From a candidate division WOR-3 bacterium (GTDB lineage Bacteria > Hydrothermota > Hydrothermia > JBDRYB01), in contig JBMFOM010000045.1 in NCBI GenBank assembly GCA_049969615.1, positions 1 to 14,793 on the forward strand: 14,793 bases of DNA, in the 5' to 3' direction. Below the pieces are notes generated by a model. It did not search any database. It saw only the letters and a list, made by a program, of their open reading frames with translations, and was not told the DNA's origin. Each line of letters opens with the position of its first letter. Position 1 is the stretch's first letter. Positions 7,619 through 14,793 of the stretch are shown here, in pieces. The position numbers and the translations under genes were made by a program.

Positions 7619-8491
7619 ATGGGATACCTGAGACTGGCGAGGCCTGGTCAATGGGTGAAGAACCTCTTCGTCCTGGCTGGGCCGCTTTTTGGCATGAAGC
7701 TCCTTTCCCCATGGGACATACTGCTTTCGGCCGGAGGTCTTGTTGCTTTCTGCGTCCTCTCGTCCGGAGTCTATTCCCTGAATGATTGGGCGGACAGGCA
7801 CACGGATGCCCTTCACCCTGTCAAGAGTCGCAGGCCCATACCCTCAGGCGCGGTCTCGGCCACTGGCGCGCTGGTGTTCGGCCTCGTCCTCGTGCTCATT
7901 GGCCTGGCCGGTTCCTTCGCCCTGTCTTTCCAGTTTGGCCTGGTTGCTCTCGGTTATCTTGGCCTCAACATACTCTATTCGGTTGCTCTCAGGAAGATGG
8001 TGATTCTTGATGTCCTTTCAGTTGCCATGGGGTTTCTCCTCCGGGCGATCGCGGGCGCTGTCCTGGTCAACGTTTCGTTTTCTCACTGGCTCCTCTTGGC
8101 GACCCTTTTCCTCGCCCTCCTTATAGCCCTTGCAAAGCGAAGGCAGGAGATCGCGCTCATGGGCAATGGCGCCCGTGAACACAGGGAGACCCTCGGAAGG
8201 TATTCCAACAGCCTCCTGGACCAGCTGATAACCGCCTCGGCTGGGCTTTCCATCCTCACCTATGCCCTTTACACGGTTTCGGCCGAGACGGTTGCCCGGC
8301 TCGGAAACGATTGGGCAGTCTGGACGACGCCCATAGTAGTTTACGCGGTCTTCAGGTTCGTCTATTTGGTTGAAAAGAGGAACGAGTCCCCTGATAGGGT
8401 TATCCTCCGCGATCCCGGAATAATCGTTTCCGTCCTGGTCTGGGCTGGTGCGATGTTCGCTATAATTTACTGGAGATTCGTGGCAAGATAA
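7619..8491 (+). CDS. UbiA-family decaprenyl-phosphate phosphoribosyltransferase-like membrane protein
   Basis: RPGQWVKNLFV, YSLNDWADRHTDALHPVKSRRPIPSG, LRAIAG, AKRRQE; multiple TM helices; AGGA upstream. Confidence 0.88.
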   Translation: MGYLRLARPGQWVKNLFVLAGPLFGMKLLSPWDILLSAGGLVAFCVLSSGVYSLNDWADRHTDALHPVKSRRPIPSGAVSATGALVFGLVLVLIGLAGSFALSFQFGLVALGYLGLNILYSVALRKMVILDVLSVAMGFLLRAIAGAVLVNVSFSHWLLLATLFLALLIALAKRRQEIALMGNGAREHRETLGRYSNSLLDQLITASAGLSILTYALYTVSAETVARLGNDWAVWTTPIVVYAVFRFVYLVEKRNESPDRVILRDPGIIVSVLVWAGAMFAIIYWRFVAR

Positions 8492-8700
8492 TAGGCCGAG
8501 ATAGGGAAACCGGCCCTGCGCTGTTTCAAAACTCCAGCTCGCCGGAGGCAACCCTTTCTCCAAATGGTCTTGGAATGCCTGTGGCCGTTGCCATAACTCA
8601 AGAGGTTCAATTGTTGCTCTGAAACACCAAACTATCGCTCCAACTTGAATAGGGCCAAGGGAGCATAGCCGGGTGAGTGCACCGGACATCATGACTGGTT

Positions 8701-8706
8701 TATAAT
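8701..8706 (+). promoter_or_regulatory. -10 box for tRNA-Lys(TTT)
   Basis: TATAAT 8 nt before the tRNA 5' end, the same distance as for tRNA-Lys(CTT). Confidence 0.6.
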
Positions 8707-8714
8707 ATCAAGCT

Positions 8715-8787
8715 GGGCCGTTAGCTCAGGTGGTAGAGCACCGGATTTTTAATCCGGGTGCCGAAGGTTCAACTCCTTCACGGCCCA
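8715..8787 (+). tRNA. tRNA-Lys(TTT)
   Basis: Acceptor GGGCCGT/ACGGCCC, D stem GCTC/GAGC, anticodon arm CCGGA-TTTTTAA-TCCGG, T arm GAAGG-TTCAACT-CCTTC, discriminator A. CCA is not encoded. Confidence 0.96.
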
Positions 8788-8861
8788 CTTGAGTTTACGC
8801 TGGTTTCCAAAGACAGACCCCCTATTGGAATCTCGCGGTGCGACCGGATTATACTATCATC

Positions 8862-10073
8862 GTGAGATACCAGAGGCCACGCGGAACCAGGGATATTCTC
8901 CCCCCGGAATACGAGGAGAGGCAGGCAATATATAATAAGGCCGGAGAAATCCTCCGGGCCTACGGCTACAGGTTCGTTGAACTGCCGGTCTTTGAGAGGC
9001 TTGAGTTGTTCGTCCGTTCAATCGGTGAGGCAACTGACATAGTTGAGAAGGAGATGTTCAGCTTCACCAGGGGCGATGAGACCTACGCGCTCAGGCCAGA
9101 AGGGACAGCGGGCGCTGTCAGGGCATTCCTTGAGGAAAAAATGGCTCCCCCGGTCAAATTGGCATACTGGGGGCCGTTTTTCAGGGCAGAAAGGCCCCAG
9201 AAGGGAAGGCTCAGGCAGTTCACCCAGCTCGGCGCGGAGTGCTTTGGCGTCGCGTCGCCGCTTCTTGATGCCGAACAGATAGAGCTCGCGCTTGAGCTGT
9301 TCGGGGCCTGGGGCATAGGGGATGTTGAGGTTTTATTGAACTCCATAGGCTGCCCAGATGACAGGGCGAGGTATCGCGTGGATCTGGTGAATTACCTGGA
9401 GGGCATAAAATCCGAGCTTTGCGAGGATTGCAAGAACAGACTGGAACGGAACCCCATGAGGGCGCTGGACTGCAAAATAGACAGCCCCAGGCTGGAGGAC
9501 GCGCCCCGAATGACCGATTACCTTTGCGATGAATGCGGAAGGCATTACGCTTATCTCAAGGAGATGCTCAGCCAGCGCGAGATACCCTTCCGAGAGGAGC
9601 CGAGGCTTTGGCGGGGTCTGGATTATTACACCAGGACCGTCTTTGAATTCAGGGCAAAGGGCCTCGGCGCGCAGGACTCGGTCGGAGGCGGGGGTCGTTA
9701 TGACCTTTTGGTTGAGCAGATGGGCGGGCCGAGGACTCCCGCTTCTGGATGGGCGATAGGCGTGGAGAGGGTCCAGCTGGCGAGGGGCGAGAGGACCGCG
9801 GACACAGCGGGCCCGGACTATTTCCTAGTCTCCATAGGGCCAAGGGCCAGAGACGAGTCCATCAGGCTCTTGCGTTCCCTGAGGTCAAGGGGCCTTTGGG
9901 TTGAAATGGACTATGAGGACAACAAGCCGGGCAAGCAGTTCAAGATAGCGGACCGACTCGGAGCAAAGAGGGCAATCATTATCGGTGACGAGGAGCTGGC
10001 AAAGGGGGTCATCAAACTGAGGGATATGGACACGGGAGAGGAGGGGTTTCTGAGGGAAGAGGACCTCCCCTGA
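8862..10073 (+). CDS. hisS: Histidine--tRNA ligase
   Basis: PRGTRD, TDIVEKEM, LRPEGTA, FRAERPQKGRLRQFTQ, RGLDYYTRTVFE, GGGGRYD, IGVER, and a C-terminal anticodon-binding domain. Likely start is GTG 8862, downstream of TATACT at 8850-8855. Confidence 0.97.
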   Translation: MRYQRPRGTRDILPPEYEERQAIYNKAGEILRAYGYRFVELPVFERLELFVRSIGEATDIVEKEMFSFTRGDETYALRPEGTAGAVRAFLEEKMAPPVKLAYWGPFFRAERPQKGRLRQFTQLGAECFGVASPLLDAEQIELALELFGAWGIGDVEVLLNSIGCPDDRARYRVDLVNYLEGIKSELCEDCKNRLERNPMRALDCKIDSPRLEDAPRMTDYLCDECGRHYAYLKEMLSQREIPFREEPRLWRGLDYYTRTVFEFRAKGLGAQDSVGGGGRYDLLVEQMGGPRTPASGWAIGVERVQLARGERTADTAGPDYFLVSIGPRARDESIRLLRSLRSRGLWVEMDYEDNKPGKQFKIADRLGAKRAIIIGDEELAKGVIKLRDMDTGEEGFLREEDLP

Positions 10074-10150
10074 TGTGCTTGTTTTTGATCCTCATCCTGG
10101 GTGCCCGCGGAGTGGAGATAATCTCCTGAACCGCGCTATAATCTTTGTCT

Positions 10151-12301
10151 GTGAAATTCGCGTCCGTAGCCATACCCGAGGCAGGGGCTGTCCTGACCTA
10201 CGTGGTGCCCTCTGATATGGGCGTTGAGAAGGGCGATGTGGTTCTAGTTCAGGTAAGGGATAAGCTATTCACTGGACTGGTAATGGGTGAGGCAGAACCT
10301 TTTCCGGGGGCGAGGCCCATCTACGGGAAGACCGGCCTCTCGGTACCGGAATCCCTTGTGGGCCTCGCTGAGTGGATCGGGGAATATTATCTATCCTCGG
10401 TTTCAGAGGCCGTGAGGCTCATCCTGCCGCCCGGCATGCCAAAAAAGGAGCGGGTTGAGCTCAGGATGAGAAGGGATCCCCCGTCCGTGAGCGTCAGGGG
10501 CAAGGTCCAGAAGGAGATATTCGCCTATCTCTGGGAAAGGAGGGGAACATGGTTGAGCCGAGATGGAATCATCAGGAGGTTCGGGGAACCGGGCAAGAGG
10601 TTCCTTGAGAGGCTGATTGAGCTCGGCGCTTGTCAGGTCAGGTCAAAACTACCATCGGCAAAAGGAAAGGAGGTAGAGGATTTCGTCAGGGAAGGGGGTG
10701 AGCCGTTCTTTCCGAAAAAACCGACGCCGCAACAGGCAAGGATTCTCAGTAATCTCAAGGGGGCCATGAAAAAAGGAGGGTTCACGGTCGCGCTCCTTCA
10801 CGGGGAGACCGGCTCCGGAAAGACCGCTGTCTATGCTTGGCTGGCAATGGAGGCGCTCGGAGAGGGCAAGGGCGCGATAATCCTGGTGCCGGAGATAAGC
10901 CTTACCCCCCAGCTGGCCGCTGTTTTCAAGAAGGCTCTGGGCCAAGATATAGCCGTTTATCACAGTGCTTTCAGCCCCGCGGAGAGGATGTGGGTGTGGA
11001 CTCGGGTCGCGACCGGAGAAACGAGAATTGTCTTGGGACCGAGATCTGCCCTGTTTCTTCCGATGAAGGACCTCGGCCTCGTGGTTGTTGATGAAGAGCA
11101 CGATGACTCGTATAAGTCCCAGAGGCCACCTTATTATCACGCGAGGGATGTCGCGGCAGTGAGGGCAAGGGATGAGAACGCCCTCCTTGTTCTTGGATCC
11201 GCCACCCCATCCGCTGAGTCTTATCACAATGCCAGGAATGGAAAATACCTGTATCTCAGGATGCCGGAAAGGGTTCCCGCATACATTGATCCGGTTGTCA
11301 GGGTGGTTGATCTCAAGGACGCAGAGGTCTCCGGCCCGTTCTCGTTGGCCCTTCTGGATGCCATAAGGGAAACGGTAGGCTCCGGTCATCAGGCCATCCT
11401 GTTCCTCAACCGCAGGGGCTACGCGCCATACCTGCAGTGCCTGAGGTGCGGGGTTGTTCTGAACTGCCCCAACTGCTCCATTTCATACACATTTCACAAG
11501 GATACGGGCCTGATTGTCTGTCACCTATGCGGGAGAACCTCCAGGGTTCCGGGGGCCTGCCCATCCTGCGGAAGCCCCTCCCTGATCGCGATGCGCTACG
11601 GGGTCCAACGCGTCCAGGAGAACCTAAACGCGCTCCTGCCGGGCGTAAAGGTCCTTAGGCTTGACAGGGATGTCTCAAGAAGAAAAGGCGGTCCGGAAAG
11701 GGTTTTTAGGGAATTCGCGTCGGGCGAGGCAAGGATCTTGGTGGGAACCCAACTCGTGACAAAAGGCCTTGATTTTCCGAATGTAAAGCTGGTTGGGGTT
11801 TTGCTCGCGGACATGGGGCTTTTCAGGCCAGATTTCAGGGCCGCGGAAAAAACATTTCAACTGCTCGTTCAAGTCACCGGCAGGCTGAGGACCGGCGGGG
11901 TCGTGATTATACAGGCCATCAACCCCGGGGAGCGCGCGATAGCCTTTGTCAGAAATAGAGATTACGAAGGTTTTATGTCCCAGGAGCTCGCGGAGCGCAT
12001 GAAATACGGGTATCCGCCTTTCTCAAAGCTCGTCCTGGTTGAGGCGAGGGGAAAGAATCTTCATAGGGTAATGGAGTTCCTGGAGGATCTGGGTAAGCAA
12101 ACCGGGAGCAGGCTTGGCAACAAAGGCCTGGTCCTTGGGCCTTCGCCCTCGCCATATGAGCGCGTAGCAGGGCTTTTTAGGGCGAGGTTTCTGGTCAAAA
12201 CCAGGAGGGGCCTGACGCCGGAGCTGGGCTTTCTGGCCGAATATAAGGCTCCCACTGGGATTGATCTCATGGTGGATGTTGACCCGGTGGATATGATGTG
12301 A
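10151..12301 (+). CDS. priA: Primosomal protein N' (replication restart helicase)
   Basis: GETGSGKT, LVPEISLTPQ, DEEHD, GSATPS, LNRRGYA, four CxxC pairs, KGLDFP, PDFRAAE, terminal DVDP. Start is GTG 10151 or TTG 10145; TATAAT at 10137-10142. Confidence 0.97.
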   Translation: MKFASVAIPEAGAVLTYVVPSDMGVEKGDVVLVQVRDKLFTGLVMGEAEPFPGARPIYGKTGLSVPESLVGLAEWIGEYYLSSVSEAVRLILPPGMPKKERVELRMRRDPPSVSVRGKVQKEIFAYLWERRGTWLSRDGIIRRFGEPGKRFLERLIELGACQVRSKLPSAKGKEVEDFVREGGEPFFPKKPTPQQARILSNLKGAMKKGGFTVALLHGETGSGKTAVYAWLAMEALGEGKGAIILVPEISLTPQLAAVFKKALGQDIAVYHSAFSPAERMWVWTRVATGETRIVLGPRSALFLPMKDLGLVVVDEEHDDSYKSQRPPYYHARDVAAVRARDENALLVLGSATPSAESYHNARNGKYLYLRMPERVPAYIDPVVRVVDLKDAEVSGPFSLALLDAIRETVGSGHQAILFLNRRGYAPYLQCLRCGVVLNCPNCSISYTFHKDTGLIVCHLCGRTSRVPGACPSCGSPSLIAMRYGVQRVQENLNALLPGVKVLRLDRDVSRRKGGPERVFREFASGEARILVGTQLVTKGLDFPNVKLVGVLLADMGLFRPDFRAAEKTFQLLVQVTGRLRTGGVVIIQAINPGERAIAFVRNRDYEGFMSQELAERMKYGYPPFSKLVLVEARGKNLHRVMEFLEDLGKQTGSRLGNKGLVLGPSPSPYERVAGLFRARFLVKTRRGLTPELGFLAEYKAPTGIDLMVDVDPVDMM

Positions 12302-12379
12302 TCTCGTTGAAGCATAGTGCGAGCGGTTAGTTGGGTTTGTCCGGGTCAGAACGTTCAAAACCGGTAACCGATCCACGGC

Positions 12380-12409
12380 TTGCCCGAAAACGACTCATAG
12401 GCCTATAAT
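12380..12409 (+). promoter_or_regulatory. Putative promoter TTGCCC-N18-TATAAT
   Basis: -35 at 12380-12385, -10 at 12404-12409, ATG at 12416. Confidence 0.6.
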
Positions 12410-12415
12410 TAAACC

Positions 12416-12808
12416 ATGACCGAAACAGAAACTGTGCCGCCTCAGGTTGACGACAAGGAGTGGAGCGGATTTGTGAGGGAAATGAGGCTCGCGAGGCCGT
12501 GGATCATTGCCATGGCAGTGATAGACATAATCCTTGGCGTCATGTATCTTCCCCTTGGCGCGGGGTATATCGTCATCGGCGCGATGCTCCTGGTTGCCGA
12601 GTCCAGGTTGAAAAGGTTCCTGGAAGGCAAGGCGAATTCCCTCGCGGCTTTCGCGGAACAGATGAAACTATATTTCCTGCTCTCAGTAATGCTCACACTC
12701 GCCATGGTGGTCTTCTACTTCCTCCTCATCTTTATATACGTGGGCCTCGTGATCCTTTTCGTTGTCATTTTCATTCTTCTGAGCGCGTCCGGAAAGATAC
12801 CGGCCTGA
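12416..12808 (+). CDS. Small membrane protein, DUF5362-like
   Basis: 130 aa with a hydrophobic hairpin, an amphipathic linker ending MKLYF and a long hydrophobic C-terminus. Family assignment is by recalled pattern only. Confidence 0.65.
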   Translation: MTETETVPPQVDDKEWSGFVREMRLARPWIIAMAVIDIILGVMYLPLGAGYIVIGAMLLVAESRLKRFLEGKANSLAAFAEQMKLYFLLSVMLTLAMVVFYFLLIFIYVGLVILFVVIFILLSASGKIPA

Positions 12809-12822
12809 CAGAATCCCACCCG

Positions 12823-12939
12823 AAAGCTCAGAGAATCAACGAGGAAATGCCCTCGTTGCGGGATTTTTCAGAAGGCCCCTCTTAGAACCCTGTTCTCCCC
12901 CAAACCAGTAAGTTATCACTGCTTTATTAGAGGTCTCAT
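12823..12939 (+). repeat. Intergenic repeat family, copy B
   Basis: 12841-12899 matches 14736-14793 at 51/59 columns; 12904-12939 matches copy A at 32/36. Confidence 0.9.
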
Positions 12940-12997
12940 AGGCAATAACTGTATCCTCGGCCTGGCTCAGAATGGGCTAAAAGTTTCGGCCTTCACC

Positions 12998-13027
12998 TTG
13001 CTTTGTCTCCTGGCCTTACCCTATAAT
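12998..13027 (+). promoter_or_regulatory. Putative promoter TTGCTT-N18-TATAAT for the slipin gene
   Basis: -35 at 12998-13003, -10 at 13022-13027, SD GGAGG at 13041-13045, ATG at 13055. Confidence 0.6.
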
Positions 13028-13054
13028 TTCCTTCGCGAACGGAGGTCTTTCCTC

Positions 13055-13807
13055 ATGAGTGAAGGAATGATTCTTTACATAGCTCTCGGTGTGTTCGTTT
13101 TCATCCTGCTCCTCTGGATGATCAGAATACTGCCGGAGTATCAGCGCGCCGTTGTCTTCAGGCTCGGTCGTGTACTCAAGAAAGAAAAAGGGCCGGGGCT
13201 TTTTATCCTCCTGCCCATAGTTGATAAGATGGTAAAGGTATCTCTGCGGACTGTGACCATGGATGTTCCGTCCCAGGATGTGATAACCAGGGACAATGTC
13301 TCGGTCAAGGTCAACGCTGTCGTCTATTTCAGGGTGGTTGATCCGCTGAAAGCCATCCTTGAGGTTGAGGACTACTACTACGCTACGAGCCAGCTCGCGC
13401 AGACGACCCTGAGAAGCATCCTGGGCGAGGTTGAGCTGGACGATCTCTTGGCGGAGAGGGAAAAGCTCAATCATAGGCTTCAGGAGATCCTTGACAAACA
13501 GACGGATCCGTGGGGCGTGAAGGTCTCAATGGTAGAGATAAAGCATGTTGACCTTCCCCAGGAGATGCAGAGAGCAATGGCCCGGCAGGCCGAAGCGGAG
13601 CGAGAGCGCCGGGCAAAGGTCATCGCCGCGCTCGGCGAGGAGCAGGCCGCAGGCAAGCTCAAGGAGGCCGCTGATGTGCTCGCACAGAACCCCATAACCG
13701 TGCAATTGAGGTTCCTACAAACACTGGTTGAAATATCCTCGGAAAAGGCAACCACGATTGTCCTGCCATTGCCACTGGACCTGATAAGGCCCCTGCTTGG
13801 AAAGTAG
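13055..13807 (+). CDS. SPFH/band-7 stomatin-like (slipin) protein
   Basis: N-terminal TM helix, [69 protein letters not shown]. Confidence 0.95.
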   Translation: MSEGMILYIALGVFVFILLLWMIRILPEYQRAVVFRLGRVLKKEKGPGLFILLPIVDKMVKVSLRTVTMDVPSQDVITRDNVSVKVNAVVYFRVVDPLKAILEVEDYYYATSQLAQTTLRSILGEVELDDLLAEREKLNHRLQEILDKQTDPWGVKVSMVEIKHVDLPQEMQRAMARQAEAERERRAKVIAALGEEQAAGKLKEAADVLAQNPITVQLRFLQTLVEISSEKATTIVLPLPLDLIRPLLGK

Positions 13808-13841
13808 TGCCTTGGTCTCACTCCTCCAGGCATAATTACCC

Positions 13842-14654
13842 GTGGCTTACCTGAGGCTGGCGAGGCCCCTGAACGCGATAATAGCGGGCCTTGTGGTTTT
13901 GACCGGCGCATGGCTCTCAGGTTGGACCTCATGGCTCCTCGCGATCCTCGCGACCATGTCTGGCGCACTCCTGATAGCCTGGGCCAATGTGGACAACGAC
14001 ATCTTTGACGCTTGGACGGACCGGACAGCGCACCCGGAGAGGCCTGTTGCAAAAGGTGAGATAGACCCCAAGAAGGCTTGGATCTTCTCCTGGTTCCTTC
14101 TCATACCCGCTATGGCCCTCGCGGCCTTTCTCCCACCCATTTGCATACTGGTTTTTCTCACGGCAATGGTCCTTACCGCGCTGTATAACCGGGTCCTCAA
14201 GAGATTTCCGCTCATCTCCAATATGGCTGTCTCCATAGCCGCGGCCCTGGGTTTTCTGTTTGGCGGTTTCCTCGGCAGGGATATAGTCGGGCCCATGTGG
14301 GCATTCCTACTGGCCTTCTTGTATCACATGGCCAGAGAAGCCGTGAAATCCCTGGAGGACATGGACGCGGACAGGTCATCCGGAAGAAACACGGTTCCGG
14401 TTGCCTGGGGAGAGAAGGCTGGGCTGATCCTCGCCAGCATATTCGCGTGTCTGATAATCGCCGCGACACCCCTGCCCTTTATCATGGGCCACCTGGGCTT
14501 TGGCTATCTCGTGGCTGTTATTGCGCTCGTGGACGCGACATGGATCTGTCTTATCGTGTATCTGTGGCTTAGGAGAAACTACCGGGTGGTCTCCACGATC
14601 GCCAAAGCCGACATGCTCGCCGCACTCCTTGCCCTGTTCTTGGGGAGGATATAG
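13842..14654 (+). CDS. UbiA-family prenyltransferase, DGGGP-synthase-like
   Basis: LARPLN, NDIFDAWTD...PERPV, LKRFPLISN, REAVKSLEDMDAD...TVP; multiple TM helices. Confidence 0.8.
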   Translation: MAYLRLARPLNAIIAGLVVLTGAWLSGWTSWLLAILATMSGALLIAWANVDNDIFDAWTDRTAHPERPVAKGEIDPKKAWIFSWFLLIPAMALAAFLPPICILVFLTAMVLTALYNRVLKRFPLISNMAVSIAAALGFLFGGFLGRDIVGPMWAFLLAFLYHMAREAVKSLEDMDADRSSGRNTVPVAWGEKAGLILASIFACLIIAATPLPFIMGHLGFGYLVAVIALVDATWICLIVYLWLRRNYRVVSTIAKADMLAALLALFLGRI

Positions 14655-14716
14655 TTCTTTAGTCCAGATAACGCACAAGGTCAAAGTGCAATTCGGGTGC
14701 GCGATTCTGAATCCAT

Positions 14717-14793
14717 ATAGCTGGAAGAGAACCATGAGTAAATGCCCTCTTAGCTGGATTTTTCAGGGGTCCCTCTTAGAACCTTGTTCTCCC
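14717..14793 (+). repeat. Intergenic repeat family, copy C (runs off the window end)
   Basis: ATAGCTGGAAGAGAACCATGAGTAAATGCCCTCTTAGCTGGATTTTTCAGGGGTCCCTCTTAGAACCTTGTTCTCCC aligns to copies A and B. Confidence 0.9.

Noticed and set aside
8492-8700. 209-nt intergenic region as an ncRNA or repeat copy
   Set aside because: Only a short AACCCT-TTCTCC resemblance to the repeat, and no convincing structure seen.
10085-10092. TTGATCCT upstream of priA as a fourth promoter cassette
   Set aside because: Only 8 nt match, with no AGGA half-site and no -10 box at the right spacing.
12837-12858. Perfect hairpin CAACGAGG-AAATGC-CCTCGTTG as the conserved structure of the repeat
   Set aside because: Pairing is largely lost in copies A and C without compensatory changes.
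7619-13868. Shared YLRLARP N-termini of the two UbiA genes, and RLARP in the 130-aa protein
   Set aside because: LxRP is a general UbiA N-terminal motif; the third match is short and likely chance.
8018-14052. Long antisense ORFs (8018-8692, 10649-11389, 13016-13474, 13480-14052 and others)
   Set aside because: These are shadow frames of well-supported GC-rich genes on the opposite strand.
2569-14793. CRISPR array interpretation of the repeats
   Set aside because: Copies are long, divergent and kilobases apart, with no regular spacers or cas genes.

Overview
Mostly housekeeping, GC-rich bacterial DNA. Two secreted FG-GAP proteins with T9SS-like C-terminal domains suggest an FCB/WOR-3-like lineage (inference). 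In order: an AT-rich, frameshifted restriction-modification S-subunit remnant; a secreted FG-GAP beta-propeller protein; tRNA-Lys(CTT); a lone intact HK97-type phage portal gene; a second FG-GAP gene broken by a 1-nt frameshift; an operon of an MlaF-like ATPase, an RNB-domain nuclease and a UbiA-family phosphoribosyltransferase; tRNA-Lys(TTT); hisS; priA; a DUF5362-like membrane protein; an SPFH/slipin protein; and a DGGGP-synthase-like UbiA prenyltransferase. Four signals are not explained by this gene list. (1) The portal has no phage neighbours but has its own promoter and RBS behind a terminator. (2) A modular intergenic repeat family occurs in 3-4 copies behind gene 3' ends. (3) A ~32-bp promoter cassette with a palindromic spacer occurs three times. 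(4) Six genes have a -10 box 5-8 nt before the start codon and no SD, implying leaderless translation. All calls are by eye, without database searches.
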